From IMG/VR virus record IMGVR_UViG_3300011437_000003, positions 1-53,274 of that record: a DNA stretch of 53,274 nt; one strand, 5' to 3'. How positions within the stretch are numbered: position 1 is the first letter of the stretch; the number at the start of each line of letters is the position of its first letter. Made by a program: the position numbers and the translations under genes. A model generated the notes under the pieces. It ran no database searches, was not told the DNA's origin, and saw nothing but the letters and a program-made list of their open reading frames with translations. This DNA comes from a virus (taxonomy: Duplodnaviria > Caudoviricetes). Positions 9,227 through 18,616 of the stretch are shown piece by piece.

Positions 9227-10011
9227 CAGTTCGCCTCCTGCGCGGCGGCCATGTCCTGGTAGGCCGCCCAGTTCGCGTAGCCCATCGCGCGGGCCTGATC
9301 GTCCAAGGAGCGCCCGCGCCGGTGGTGGTCGACGAACCCGCCGACGTCGAAGCCGAAGACCTCGTCGGGAGCCTGCTGTGCGGACGCACGGGCCGGGGCC
9401 TGCCGACCGCTTCGCGCGCCTGGCGTCTTCTCCGACGTGGCGGGTCCGCGCAGCGCGGCCTCCCGACTCTCGGTCTGGAGTTCGTCCACGTGGCCACCGA
9501 CGACGAACCGGTAGACCTGGCCATACAGCTCCGGGGTCATGACGGTTCCGGGCGGCATCTGCTTCGTGTAGTCGTCGATCTCCTTCTCGAATCGCCGGAA
9601 GTGCGGAAAGAGAAGGTTGCCCTTGCCGTCGTTCATCGCCATCATCGTCGTCTTCGATAGCGACGAGATCGAGGCGGCGCCGGTCGCCCGCATCGGATCG
9701 ATGTGCTCCGCGGCGAAGCGCCGCTGCGCCATGTTGGTAACGTAGCGCGCCGCCTGGATCGAGGTCATCCGGCCCTCGTCGACCGCGGCCTGGAGCTGCT
9801 CGTCGGACAGGTCGGCGTCGGGCGCGGGAGCCGCATGACGCGGCGCGGCAACCGCCGAGACCGCCTGCGCGATCGACCGCTGGAGATCGGCGTACTGCGC
9901 TCGGTTCTCCGCGGTGATCCGCTCGAAATCCTCCCGCGTGGCGTACTGCGGGGCCGGCGTCTCAGGCGCGACTTCGGCTGTGGTTTCCGGCGTTTCCGAC
10001 GTATCGGGCAT
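9226..10011 (-). CDS. Capsid scaffolding protein
   Basis: Acidic/Pro-rich N-terminus, helical body, position between portal and MCP; RBS GAGGAG. Confidence 0.7.
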   Translation of the reverse strand: MPDTSETPETTAEVAPETPAPQYATREDFERITAENRAQYADLQRSIAQAVSAVAAPRHAAPAPDADLSDEQLQAAVDEGRMTSIQAARYVTNMAQRRFAAEHIDPMRATGAASISSLSKTTMMAMNDGKGNLLFPHFRRFEKEIDDYTKQMPPGTVMTPELYGQVYRFVVGGHVDELQTESREAALRGPATSEKTPGARSGRQAPARASAQQAPDEVFGFDVGGFVDHHRRGRSLDDQARAMGYANWAAYQDMAAAQEAN

Positions 10012-10213
10012 ATGCAGTCTCCTCTTGTTCGGAGCGTGTCAATTCTGCGATCCATTTGTCAAGAAGTCTCTTTTGTGCTAAGGCCGCCTGGGCAGCCTCC
10101 CACGTCGTCGCGGCGTCCTGATCGGACTCCGCACGCTGGCGGTGTTTCACGAGGTGCTCGCGGTAAGACGCCAGCGCGTCGGGGTGTTGGCGCAGGAGTT
10201 CGAGCCATCTCAT
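9962..10213 (-). CDS. Small helical hypothetical protein
   Basis: 83 aa, ATGA-coupled to the portal stop. Confidence 0.55.
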   Translation of the reverse strand: MRWLELLRQHPDALASYREHLVKHRQRAESDQDAATTWEAAQAALAQKRLLDKWIAELTRSEQEETAYARYVGNAGNHSRSRA

Positions 10214-12066
10214 CCGACGGTTGTCCCGCTCGGCTGCAACGCGGCCTGCTGTCCGCCGAGCGCTCCCGTGAGCAACTGTGTCAGCATCGCCATGCCCTGC
10301 TGGGCCGGGTCTACCGCCGCATCCATCTCGGCGTGGAGGTCGACGATGAAGTTGGCGGGGTCCCGGATCTGATCGAAGGTCGTCAGGGTGCGGAGCACGA
10401 GCTGCCCCGCGGCGTCCGCGATCTTACGCGCCGCCTCCTGCACCGGGCCGGGGACCTGCGGGTTCGCCGCAATCGCCACGAGTTCGAGGGTCCGCTGGTA
10501 GTACTGTCCGAGGACGTTCATCAACATGATGCTGTTCTGGCGCTCGACATCGCGGTTGAGCGTCGTCGAGGACGCGGTCAGCTCCACGCTGTAGGCGTCG
10601 TCGAACTCGCGGTCCCGGAGCGTGGCGATCAACAGACGTCCCTTTTCCGCGCCGTGGACCTTGATGAGGTGGGCTTCCAGCTTGTGATCCCCGGCGAGAA
10701 GCCGCTCTTGCTCCCGGAACAAGCACTGCCGCACCGCCGCCGCCACGCACAGTCGGACCCCGTCAAACGCCGGGGTGAACCGCTTGTTCGCCTGGTTGAG
10801 CAGGGAGATCGCGGTGATCCCCGGCGTCCGGCTGGAGGCCAGCGAGCCGCCACGCGGCGGGGCCGTCATCTGGTTCAGGCCGACCCGGCGCTCCGCCAGC
10901 ATCATCGGGAACTGCTGCATCATAATCATCGACGGGGAGATGTCGGACATCTTCAGCTCTTTGAGCGCTTCCGGGTTGGTCGCGAACTGGACCTTCCCGG
11001 GCCATACCTTCATCGTTTCGGGGATCGACGAGTCGCTCGCGAGCCACACCCGCGCATTCGCCAGAAGCGCGTTCGTCAGCGCGTAGCTGTGGACGTCGCT
11101 GGTCTCCTGCTGGAGCGACGAGACCATGTCCATCACGCCGAGGCCGAAGAAGAGGTGGCCCCGGATCTGATATCGCATCGCTTCGAGCGGGCGCCGATCG
11201 TAGGTGTTGTACTCCACCTTCAGGACGCTTCGCGACGTGCGGTCCCACGTGACCTTCAGGTCCTCGGCGACCCCGTCTTCGTCGATGTCGTAGTGACAGA
11301 ACACGTGCCAGACCTCAAACAGCTCCGAGTAGACGTTGTTCCGCCACGTACGGCCGAGCATCTCGCGACGGTTGCGGACCCAGCCGATCGCTCCGCACGC
11401 CTGGACGTGCTCGGTGTTCCAGTCTTCCTCGGCGGCCTGGTCGTCCAACTCGGTCACCGTCATCCAGCGACGGTACGCGCACCACGAGGCAGTCTGGAGG
11501 TCGCCGTAGGCTCCGCCCGGGACGAAGAAGTCCTCCGGCGGGATCGGCGTGATGCGGGGCCCGCGCTGCGTCACCGTCATCGTGCGGGTCTTCCGTACCG
11601 ACTCGACGAACGGGACGTGGAGAATGCCGGTCCCGAGTTTCACGTCGTCGAGGATGGCCTCTTCCGCCGCGTTTCGAACGTTCCACTCGTTCGCCACGCC
11701 CCAGTTGACGTGCTCCTGAAGCGCCACCGCGGCGTCTCGCCGGGCTTCGTCTGAGCCGACTGGCCGCACCGTGAGGATCGGCTGGATATTGAAGATGAGG
11801 TCGAGGATTTGGGCGTAAATCTCGTCGGTGGCGATGGCCCCGACCGGGACTTCGATGTTCGGCGCGTTCTCGATCGGGACGTTTCGCACCGCGACGCGAG
11901 GCTCGGCGACGTACTGGCGTAGGGATTCTCGCCACAGGACCTCTTGCGGGTGCCGGGCGGCGCAGGCGTCCTCCGTTTCGCGGCTGAGCCACGCGACGAA
12001 GTCCCGCATCCCCTCGTCGGTCCACTTGAGGGTCGGGACGGTGAGGTGGGGCTCGATCAACCGCAT
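10210..12066 (-). CDS. Portal protein
   Basis: 618 aa; D.VKLGTGI, IPPEDFFVP, FFGLGV, Q-rich C-terminus typical of P22-like podovirus portals. Confidence 0.85.
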   Translation of the reverse strand: MRLIEPHLTVPTLKWTDEGMRDFVAWLSRETEDACAARHPQEVLWRESLRQYVAEPRVAVRNVPIENAPNIEVPVGAIATDEIYAQILDLIFNIQPILTVRPVGSDEARRDAAVALQEHVNWGVANEWNVRNAAEEAILDDVKLGTGILHVPFVESVRKTRTMTVTQRGPRITPIPPEDFFVPGGAYGDLQTASWCAYRRWMTVTELDDQAAEEDWNTEHVQACGAIGWVRNRREMLGRTWRNNVYSELFEVWHVFCHYDIDEDGVAEDLKVTWDRTSRSVLKVEYNTYDRRPLEAMRYQIRGHLFFGLGVMDMVSSLQQETSDVHSYALTNALLANARVWLASDSSIPETMKVWPGKVQFATNPEALKELKMSDISPSMIMMQQFPMMLAERRVGLNQMTAPPRGGSLASSRTPGITAISLLNQANKRFTPAFDGVRLCVAAAVRQCLFREQERLLAGDHKLEAHLIKVHGAEKGRLLIATLRDREFDDAYSVELTASSTTLNRDVERQNSIMLMNVLGQYYQRTLELVAIAANPQVPGPVQEAARKIADAAGQLVLRTLTTFDQIRDPANFIVDLHAEMDAAVDPAQQGMAMLTQLLTGALGGQQAALQPSGTTVG

Positions 12067-12266
12067 CGCGGCTCCTCAACGAGAACGTTGTTGGGGAAAT
12101 CACGGGCCATGAGTTCTGCGCTGCCCAGTACTCCGTTCGTGGGATGGGCGGCATAAAGACCGTCACACATGCGGCAAGGAGCGGCCGGCGGAGGCTCCTC
12201 CAACAAGGCGTTGTGCTCGTTGCACCAGGGATGTGTCCGCAAACCACCGAGTCCGTATTGGTTCAT
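12057..12266 (-). CDS. Small Cys/His protein
   Basis: C-x2-H...C-x2-C motif, 69 aa. Confidence 0.5.
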   Translation of the reverse strand: MNQYGLGGLRTHPWCNEHNALLEEPPPAAPCRMCDGLYAAHPTNGVLGSAELMARDFPNNVLVEEPRCG

Positions 12267-12625
12267 TCGGCGCCGCCCAGCACGCCGACTACCTGCGTCG
12301 GGGCCCCGGAGTTGTTGTTCAGCTTGAGGTTCGAGGCGACCCCCGCGTCGATATCCGCGTTGAACACGAAGACCCAGCCTCCGGCAGCGAGCGGAATCCC
12401 GGCGTCGGTCTGGCCGTCAAGCCGCAACACGACCGCTTCGTCGAGCGGGCGGAACAGGAGCACCTGAATCGTCGGAAGCCCGCCGATCGCCACGTACGTC
12501 CCGGTGCTGGACCGCGTAACGTCGAAAGTCTCCGTCTCGTTCACCGTGAGCCGGGTGACGAGCGGTGTGTTCGGGACATCCACGCCGTCCAGCTTCAGGA
12601 GAAGCGTCGCCTCTAGCGTCGGCAT
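12263..12625 (-). CDS. Virion structural protein (beta-sandwich-like)
   Basis: 120 aa, beta-strand rich. Confidence 0.6.
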   Translation of the reverse strand: MPTLEATLLLKLDGVDVPNTPLVTRLTVNETETFDVTRSSTGTYVAIGGLPTIQVLLFRPLDEAVVLRLDGQTDAGIPLAAGGWVFVFNADIDAGVASNLKLNNNSGAPTQVVGVLGGAE

Positions 12626-12768
12626 CAGTTCGGGTGCTTCGGCCCCGACTTCGCCTGCGGCTGACGAGTCAGCCGAACCGGCTGCGTGGTCACGCGAACG
12701 TCGCGATCGCCACGTCGGTCAGGCTTCGATTCGTGGATGGACGACACGCGGGTGTATGGCTTTGCCAT
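12625..12768 (-). CDS. Small basic hypothetical protein (47 aa)
   Basis: AAGGAG RBS before ATG 12768; stop overlaps the next ATG; below the ORF-track cutoff. Confidence 0.55.
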   Translation of the reverse strand: MAKPYTRVSSIHESKPDRRGDRDVRVTTQPVRLTRQPQAKSGPKHPN

Positions 12769-12778
12769 GGCAGTCTCC

Positions 12779-13111
12779 TTACTGGGGACAGGGGTCGAGT
12801 TTGTCCCGCCGACAGGCCAGGCGCTTCTCGTGCGCCGAGCGGTCGAGGAACGGCTTCTTGAAGGCGGCGTCGGTCTGGCTCCGCTCCATCTGCTCGATAC
12901 CGTAGCGGACCAGCCCGCGGATCACGTCGTCGCGCGTCTGCGCGGGCTCCGGCGCCCTCTTCGTCGACTGAATCCGGGCGTTGTACCGCACCAGGTGCTC
13001 GGCGATGGTCGCCTCCTGGTCGTCCGTGATGGTGCCGCTGTACGGCCCGGCCGCGACCGGGGCCGCCGCCCCGACCAGCAGCAGCATGAGCAGCGTCGCG
13101 TGAACGGTCAT
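12779..13111 (-). CDS. Small exported protein (signal peptide, C-terminal Cys pair)
   Basis: RBS AGGAGG; MTVHATLLMLLLVGAAAPVAA|G; C-x7-C at the C-terminus. Confidence 0.65.
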   Translation of the reverse strand: MTVHATLLMLLLVGAAAPVAAGPYSGTITDDQEATIAEHLVRYNARIQSTKRAPEPAQTRDDVIRGLVRYGIEQMERSQTDAAFKKPFLDRSAHEKRLACRRDKLDPCPQ

Positions 13112-13122
13112 GGCCAGCCCTC

Positions 13123-16100
13123 CTAGCACCGCACGAGGGTGCCATTGTTGTTGAAGCAAGCGCTTGTGGAACCGCCGCCGGCCAAAGTCGAGTCGGTGAT
13201 CCCGCCAGCGTCGCCGATCACGAGCACCGGCGTCCCGGCGGTGTTGAGGATCTGGAAGTTGGAGCCGTTTGCCCGGAGGTGCTTGGTCCCATTGGCCGCG
13301 CCGCCGTGAATCAGGACGATGCCCGCCCCCTGCGTACCCCCGCTGACACTGGTCACGATGATCTGGTCATCGATGTCGGTCGGCACGGAGCTATCGATCA
13401 CCCCATCGGCCGTGATCTTGAACTTCGCGACGAACCCGGCATCGTTCGGGAAGAAGTCGCTCACCACGAAAGCGTTCGTGAAGCCCCGGCCGAACGGGAC
13501 GCCTGCGACGGCACCGAGCGCCGTATTCGCGAGGAAGTTTGTCGCCCCGGTCACAGAGGTGCCGACGGTCTCCAAGTGGTACGCGGCAATGCCCACCGCG
13601 GTGGTGCCGCAGTTCGCCGCACCGCAGAACACCTCCGCCTGCACCGATGTCACGCCGTTCGGCGTCGTCCCGGCCCGCGCCGAGCCCCACGTGTTCAGGC
13701 CGTATCCACCAAAGCCCGAGCCCGACCGCGCATCGAAGTACGCTACGACCGCGGCGCGCTCAGCCGATGACGTCGAGCCCTCCATCTGGTAAACCCCGCC
13801 GAGTGCGATCCCGGTCCCAGTGAACCCCGCTTGCTCGCTCACGCGCACCATGCCGGTGACGGACGTCGCGTTGCCGAGCTGGGCGGAGCTGGACGTCGAG
13901 CTGTCCGTGTTGTCGATCAAGAACCCGGCGTAGCTGTTGGACAAGATGTACTCGGTGAACGAGAATGGGGTGCTCGCGGTACGCGCGCCACTCGTCGCCG
14001 CGCTGATGAAGAGAGGTCGGGAGTCCGTATACGAGGGACTCGTGTTCGGGACGTCCAGCGTCAGTCGCTTGAAGGTGTCGTCCCACGTCGCGTTCGGGGA
14101 CCCGCTCTGCGTCGCGGCGCCGGTCCAGAAGGTCATCTGGCCGGCGGAGCCGGAGCCGGTGATCCCCGACGCGCACCCAGACCATCCGAGCTGCTGGAAA
14201 CCGTCCGTCTTCAGGCACTGGTTTGCGGTGCCGTCCGCGATCGGCAACTGCCACATGATGTTCGTGGCGATGGCATCGGGGGCCTTGAAGCCGACGTAGC
14301 TGACGCCGTTCGCGACGAGTTCCCGAAACCGGATTTCTCCGGTGTTGCCGGCTGAAGCACCGAACGGCAGCAGAGTAAGTGCCGCTTGCTGGGCCCACGA
14401 GTGGGCCCCGGTCCACGCACACGTACCGCTCAGGACGCAGGCGGCAGACGTCTGCGTGGTCGCGTCGGGGAACTTGAACCCGCCGCTGGTCGATTCGATG
14501 AGCCCGATTACTTGCATCGAACCGGCGGCGGCGAATTCGATGAAGTTTGACCACGAGGCGGAACTCGCACGACGTTGGAGCCGCAGCCCGCCCGTCGCGG
14601 AGTTGCCGATGAAGCGGAAGCCGAAGCCGGAAGCGGACGCCGACGTAAGGAGCTGGATCTCGCCGAGCGCGCCGCCGCCGTAGTCCCCGATGAGCAAGCC
14701 GCCAAACTGCGCCACCGGCATCGTCGTGAAGTTGATACCGAGTCTCGCGGTCCCCGCGACCTCAAATTCTGTCTGCGGAAGGGTCGTACCGATCCCGACC
14801 CGCCCAATATCGGTGATCGTCATGCGCGTCGCGGTGGCCGTCGATCCGGCCGGCGTCGTCACGAAGTTGAGGTACGCGGGCCGGGAGGCGCCGGTCCACG
14901 TACCGCCCGCTACCATGTTGATCGCCACCTGGCCGCTCGTGTACACGGTGCCGTCGTAACCCTGGCCGAACAACGAGCAGATCACGTTGTTGGCGACAAG
15001 GGTTGTCGGGGCGGCTGGGGTCCCGTTCGCCCGCCGGCAGAAATACTCCCCTTCGTTGCCGTAGGCGTCGATCTGGACCGCGGTAGCAACGCCGCTGGCG
15101 CTGGCCCACCGCTGCCGCACCGCAGTCAGCGAAGCGACGGGCGGGAGCGTCGAGACGTTCGTCGTAACGTAGACGTGCTTGTTGGTGTTGTCGACGCCGA
15201 AGGCGGTGTCGGTGAGCATCGCGTTGGTCGCCGCGCTGAAGATGAGCTGGCCCGGGGTCCCGAGGATGTTGTTCACGACGCGGGTCCCGCTGTTGAAGGA
15301 GAGCGCGCCGGACGCCGCCGACATGTCGGCTCCGAAGCCGCCCCGAGCCGCACCAAGCGTGCCCGTCCAGCCCAGCGTGAAGGTGTGGACGTCGACCGCC
15401 GACCCGATCGCGAGCGTCACGTTGGTGTCGTCGACTTTGGCGAAGGTTTGCGTAGCGCCGGTCTGCCCACCCAGCGACGTGAGACCCGTGCCGCCACTTG
15501 AGCAGTTCGCCCAGCCCCACACGTTGCTTCCGTTCGTCGAGAGACAGGTTCCAGCCGCGCCATCGCCAGTCGGCAGCGTCACCGTCGTGCTGGCAGCGGT
15601 CACGCCGGGCTGAATCGTGAACGTGTTCGCGTTCGCCGCGTTGAAGAGAACGAGCTGCCCGGTCGTCGTCGAGGCGACCCCGATCCCGACCGCCGGGGTA
15701 ACGGTGAGGCGCTGGGTCGCCGTGGTTGTTCCGATCGCGACGTTCTGCGCCGACGTGATACGTACCGCCTCGGTGAGGGTCGTTGAGCCGCTCGGCGTCG
15801 TGGCGAGCGTGATGAAGGTGGGCCACGACGTGGCGGTGAAGGCGCCGGACGCGAAGAAGCCGAGCGAGGCCGCAGACCCGCTGTAGCCGGGAGTCCCTTC
15901 CTCGTATCCCTGTCCGATGATCGCGCAGATCGGGTCGTTCGTGGTGAGGGCGGTCGGGGCAGCCGGCGTGGTGTTCGCCCGTCGACAAACGAGGGCACCT
16001 TGTGCAGCCCAAGCATCGGCTGCGATGTTGCTGGGGCTTCCACTGGCACTGGCGACCCGAAACCTGGAGTCCGCAGGCGGGAGCGGAAGCCCCGACGCAT

Positions 16101-17937
16101 TGTTCGTTACATTAAGCTGGATATTGACGTTGTCCCAGGTCAGCTTACTGTTAGTCCCAATGGCGTTTGTCGCGGCCGAGAACAGAAGGTCTCCTGGCGT
16201 CCCCAAGACGTTTGAGAACACCGGAGTCCCCGCATTGAACGAGACGGCGCCGGTCGCTGCGCTGGTGTCCTGTCCCCAACCGCCGCGGTCCCGGGATAGC
16301 GTTGAAGCCCACGTCAGGACGTGTGCCGTGCCTGCCGACGCAATCTGAAGGTTCGTGTCGTTCGTGAAGGTCTGCGTCGCTCCGGTCAGTCCGTTCAATG
16401 AGAGGATACCAGTCCCGGCCGTACTGCACGCCGCGCCGGTTGGCGAGATCACTCCGGCGCTGTTGATCTGAAGGCATTCTGTACCGGCGGTTGGGACGGG
16501 AAAGGTCAGGTTGTAGAAGGCGCCGGGACGTTGAATCTGGACTTCCCATGGCATCGGGTACCGAGCCGGCGTTCCTGAAATAGGATTGGTCACGCCGACA
16601 TAGCGGTTGGATCCGACGATGACCTCGGCAGCACTCCCGACAATCTCGATACCGATAGCACTTCCGGTCGTGATCCGCAGGAGTTCATTGTCAACGATGC
16701 GGTAGCGTGTTCCGCCGCCCATCTTGATCCCGACATCGACGTCGCTGATGAAGTTCTGCGCGATGATGACGTCGGTCACGTACGTCGCGTCATTCGTGCC
16801 GAAGGCGATGCCCCAGTTCGTCGCAACGCCACCACTACCAAGCAAACGGCTGATCTGGTTCCCGGTGATCTGCAAGTAGAGGATCGCCGCAGCACCGCTC
16901 GACCGTGTTACCTGAATCCCGATGGCATCGAATGACTCGATTGAATTGTTCGCGATGATGAAGTCTTGCGTCGAGTCGAGCGGGTCGATGTTGATGGCCC
17001 CGGCGAAGCCGAGGAACTTGTTGTTCGTCAGCCGAATACCGCCACCCGAGCGCCAGATGAATCCATTAGCTGTGATGGGGCCGAAGAACGTGTTCCCAGT
17101 GATGACGGTGTCACCCTGGTCACCGTTTTGCGTATTCTCCCAAGTGATACACGTCGTCACGCAGTTCCAGAAGGTGTTGTTCTCGATGATGGCGAACAGG
17201 CTACTCACGGAGCGAGTTGAGCCGGCAAGCCCGAGGAATTGCATGTTCGAGATGCGGGTTTTCTGCGCGCCACTCAAGCCACCGACAACCCCGGGCGACG
17301 TCAGCCGAATGCCGTCACCGCTTACCGCAACAGAGCTGACGATCGCGAAGTTTGCGAACAAAACCGGGTCGGTCGAGTTGACCGCAAAGCCGTGCTGCGT
17401 GGCGTTCGTCAAGCGTACGCACGATCCGCTCGTGCCGGCGGTACCGACCTGCCCGGACCCACCACCGAACCATGTCACCGACTTGGTTACGTTGATCTGC
17501 ACGCTGATGTCGTAGCAGCCGACGCCTGGCGGGATGTAGATAGGTTGCCCAGCTATTGCTGCGTCGTGCGCATCCTGAAACGCCGCGTTGTTCACAGCAA
17601 CCGACGCGCCGATCGCCGCACCATAAGTCGTGATATCGAGCCAGAGCGACGCGGAGCCCGTGCATGCGCTGTAAGCGCCGCCGTTGAACGAGCAGAGCAG
17701 CGTATGCGTCACGCTGTCAGCCATCACACGCGCGACGCCGGCTGACGACAACGGATGCGTCGAGGTTTCGGTGAGCAAGAGCTGTTCGAGGGTCCCGGAC
17801 GGGCCCATAAGCGCCTTCAGCGCTTGCTGCTCACGGGTCGTAAGGATGACTTGCTGCGCCACCGCAAGCGGGGCCACCGCGCACAGTACGAAGCCGAAGA
17901 CGGTACCGAGGACGAAACCGAGGATGAACCGCTTCAA
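13123..17937 (-). CDS. Large tail spike/fibre (1604 aa) with beta-helix domain, repeated fibre modules and N-terminal signal peptide
   Basis: MKRFILGFVLGTVFGFVLCAVAPLAVA|QQ; WLDITTYGA...NNAAFQDA...IYIPPG beta-helix start; VGIGTT and LP.ADG...CL.TDG fibre motifs. Confidence 0.85.
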   Translation of the reverse strand: MKRFILGFVLGTVFGFVLCAVAPLAVAQQVILTTREQQALKALMGPSGTLEQLLLTETSTHPLSSAGVARVMADSVTHTLLCSFNGGAYSACTGSASLWLDITTYGAAIGASVAVNNAAFQDAHDAAIAGQPIYIPPGVGCYDISVQINVTKSVTWFGGGSGQVGTAGTSGSCVRLTNATQHGFAVNSTDPVLFANFAIVSSVAVSGDGIRLTSPGVVGGLSGAQKTRISNMQFLGLAGSTRSVSSLFAIIENNTFWNCVTTCITWENTQNGDQGDTVITGNTFFGPITANGFIWRSGGGIRLTNNKFLGFAGAINIDPLDSTQDFIIANNSIESFDAIGIQVTRSSGAAAILYLQITGNQISRLLGSGGVATNWGIAFGTNDATYVTDVIIAQNFISDVDVGIKMGGGTRYRIVDNELLRITTGSAIGIEIVGSAAEVIVGSNRYVGVTNPISGTPARYPMPWEVQIQRPGAFYNLTFPVPTAGTECLQINSAGVISPTGAACSTAGTGILSLNGLTGATQTFTNDTNLQIASAGTAHVLTWASTLSRDRGGWGQDTSAATGAVSFNAGTPVFSNVLGTPGDLLFSAATNAIGTNSKLTWDNVNIQLNVTNNASGLPLPPADSRFRVASASGSPSNIAADAWAAQGALVCRRANTTPAAPTALTTNDPICAIIGQGYEEGTPGYSGSAASLGFFASGAFTATSWPTFITLATTPSGSTTLTEAVRITSAQNVAIGTTTATQRLTVTPAVGIGVASTTTGQLVLFNAANANTFTIQPGVTAASTTVTLPTGDGAAGTCLSTNGSNVWGWANCSSGGTGLTSLGGQTGATQTFAKVDDTNVTLAIGSAVDVHTFTLGWTGTLGAARGGFGADMSAASGALSFNSGTRVVNNILGTPGQLIFSAATNAMLTDTAFGVDNTNKHVYVTTNVSTLPPVASLTAVRQRWASASGVATAVQIDAYGNEGEYFCRRANGTPAAPTTLVANNVICSLFGQGYDGTVYTSGQVAINMVAGGTWTGASRPAYLNFVTTPAGSTATATRMTITDIGRVGIGTTLPQTEFEVAGTARLGINFTTMPVAQFGGLLIGDYGGGALGEIQLLTSASASGFGFRFIGNSATGGLRLQRRASSASWSNFIEFAAAGSMQVIGLIESTSGGFKFPDATTQTSAACVLSGTCAWTGAHSWAQQAALTLLPFGASAGNTGEIRFRELVANGVSYVGFKAPDAIATNIMWQLPIADGTANQCLKTDGFQQLGWSGCASGITGSGSAGQMTFWTGAATQSGSPNATWDDTFKRLTLDVPNTSPSYTDSRPLFISAATSGARTASTPFSFTEYILSNSYAGFLIDNTDSSTSSSAQLGNATSVTGMVRVSEQAGFTGTGIALGGVYQMEGSTSSAERAAVVAYFDARSGSGFGGYGLNTWGSARAGTTPNGVTSVQAEVFCGAANCGTTAVGIAAYHLETVGTSVTGATNFLANTALGAVAGVPFGRGFTNAFVVSDFFPNDAGFVAKFKITADGVIDSSVPTDIDDQIIVTSVSGGTQGAGIVLIHGGAANGTKHLRANGSNFQILNTAGTPVLVIGDAGGITDSTLAGGGSTSACFNNNGTLVRC
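14783..16410 (-). repeat. Internal duplication of an ~230-aa module in the 1604-aa fibre
   Basis: Two copies (about 15725-16410 and 14783-15487) share TGATQTF, LGTPG.L.FSAATNA, CRRAN.TPAAPT.L, GQGY, TTP.GST, IGTT. Confidence 0.85.
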
Positions 17938-18302
17938 CGGTTACGCCTGGAAAGAACCGCCGTGACGTTCAGCCCGACACCGCTCGCAACGTGCTGGATG
18001 GTGTCATTCGCCGGAGGCACCCCGCCGCCGGAGATCGGGATGCCGTCGCCGGGGAACCCGTACGACAGCGTGTCGTTCGGCGGGACGTTCACGCCGGGGA
18101 TCATCTGGTTCGCGGCGACGGCGACGCTGCCCGGCGCCACGAGATACGCGGTGTACGTCAGTGCGCCGGCTGTCGTGTTCGTGAGGATCACCCCGCTCCA
18201 GAAGAGAGGCTCCGCCACGGTCAACAGCGTGCCGAGCACCGCCGGAGCGACCTCGGGCCCGAGACGAAACTCCTGCTGGTTGCCGAGCGCCGGGTAGCTC
18301 AT
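17934..18302 (-). CDS. Virion structural protein
   Basis: ATG 18302 with GGAGG RBS; beta-rich 122 aa. Confidence 0.6.
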   Translation of the reverse strand: MSYPALGNQQEFRLGPEVAPAVLGTLLTVAEPLFWSGVILTNTTAGALTYTAYLVAPGSVAVAANQMIPGVNVPPNDTLSYGFPGDGIPISGGGVPPANDTIQHVASGVGLNVTAVLSRRNR

Positions 18303-18616
18303 GTTGATCCTCCGATCATGCGACCGTGCGTCGCGACCGCTGCGGTCAGCCCTCGGCCCGCGTTCTGGAGCACCGTCGCGGTCTTGTCGAGCGCGGCCTG
18401 CGTACGGATGGCCTCTTTCGCGACTTCGTGGGTCGCGACGTAGGTGAAGCCGAACAGGCATCCGGCAACGGGCTCCACGTTCCCGGAAGCGTCACGGAGG
18501 TGGTCTTCGATCCACTGAGCGCAGCCGCGCGTGGTCCCGGGACACTTCTTGTGGAACAGGGCGCACGGGCGGCCCGTGGTGTCGACGATATTGCGGACCC
18601 ACGCCGGGTAGTCCAT
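18299..18616 (-). CDS. Tail-fibre-associated Cys-rich protein (putative assembly chaperone)
   Basis: C..F.K.C......C..W...GC followed by a coiled coil; directly follows the tail fibre. Confidence 0.5.
   Translation of the reverse strand: MDYPAWVRNIVDTTGRPCALFHKKCPGTTRGCAQWIEDHLRDASGNVEPVAGCLFGFTYVATHEVAKEAIRTQAALDKTATVLQNAGRGLTAAVATHGRMIGGST

Noticed and set aside
4895-9262. 1455-aa plus-strand ORF (also 674..3433, 9703..11754, 23872..25305)
   Set aside because: Antisense shadows of real minus-strand genes in a high-GC genome; Arg/His/Val-rich composition without motifs
10037-10062. Internal late promoter (two TTGACA on the minus strand before the scaffold gene; another near 22743)
   Set aside because: No convincing -10 box at 16-18 nt spacing
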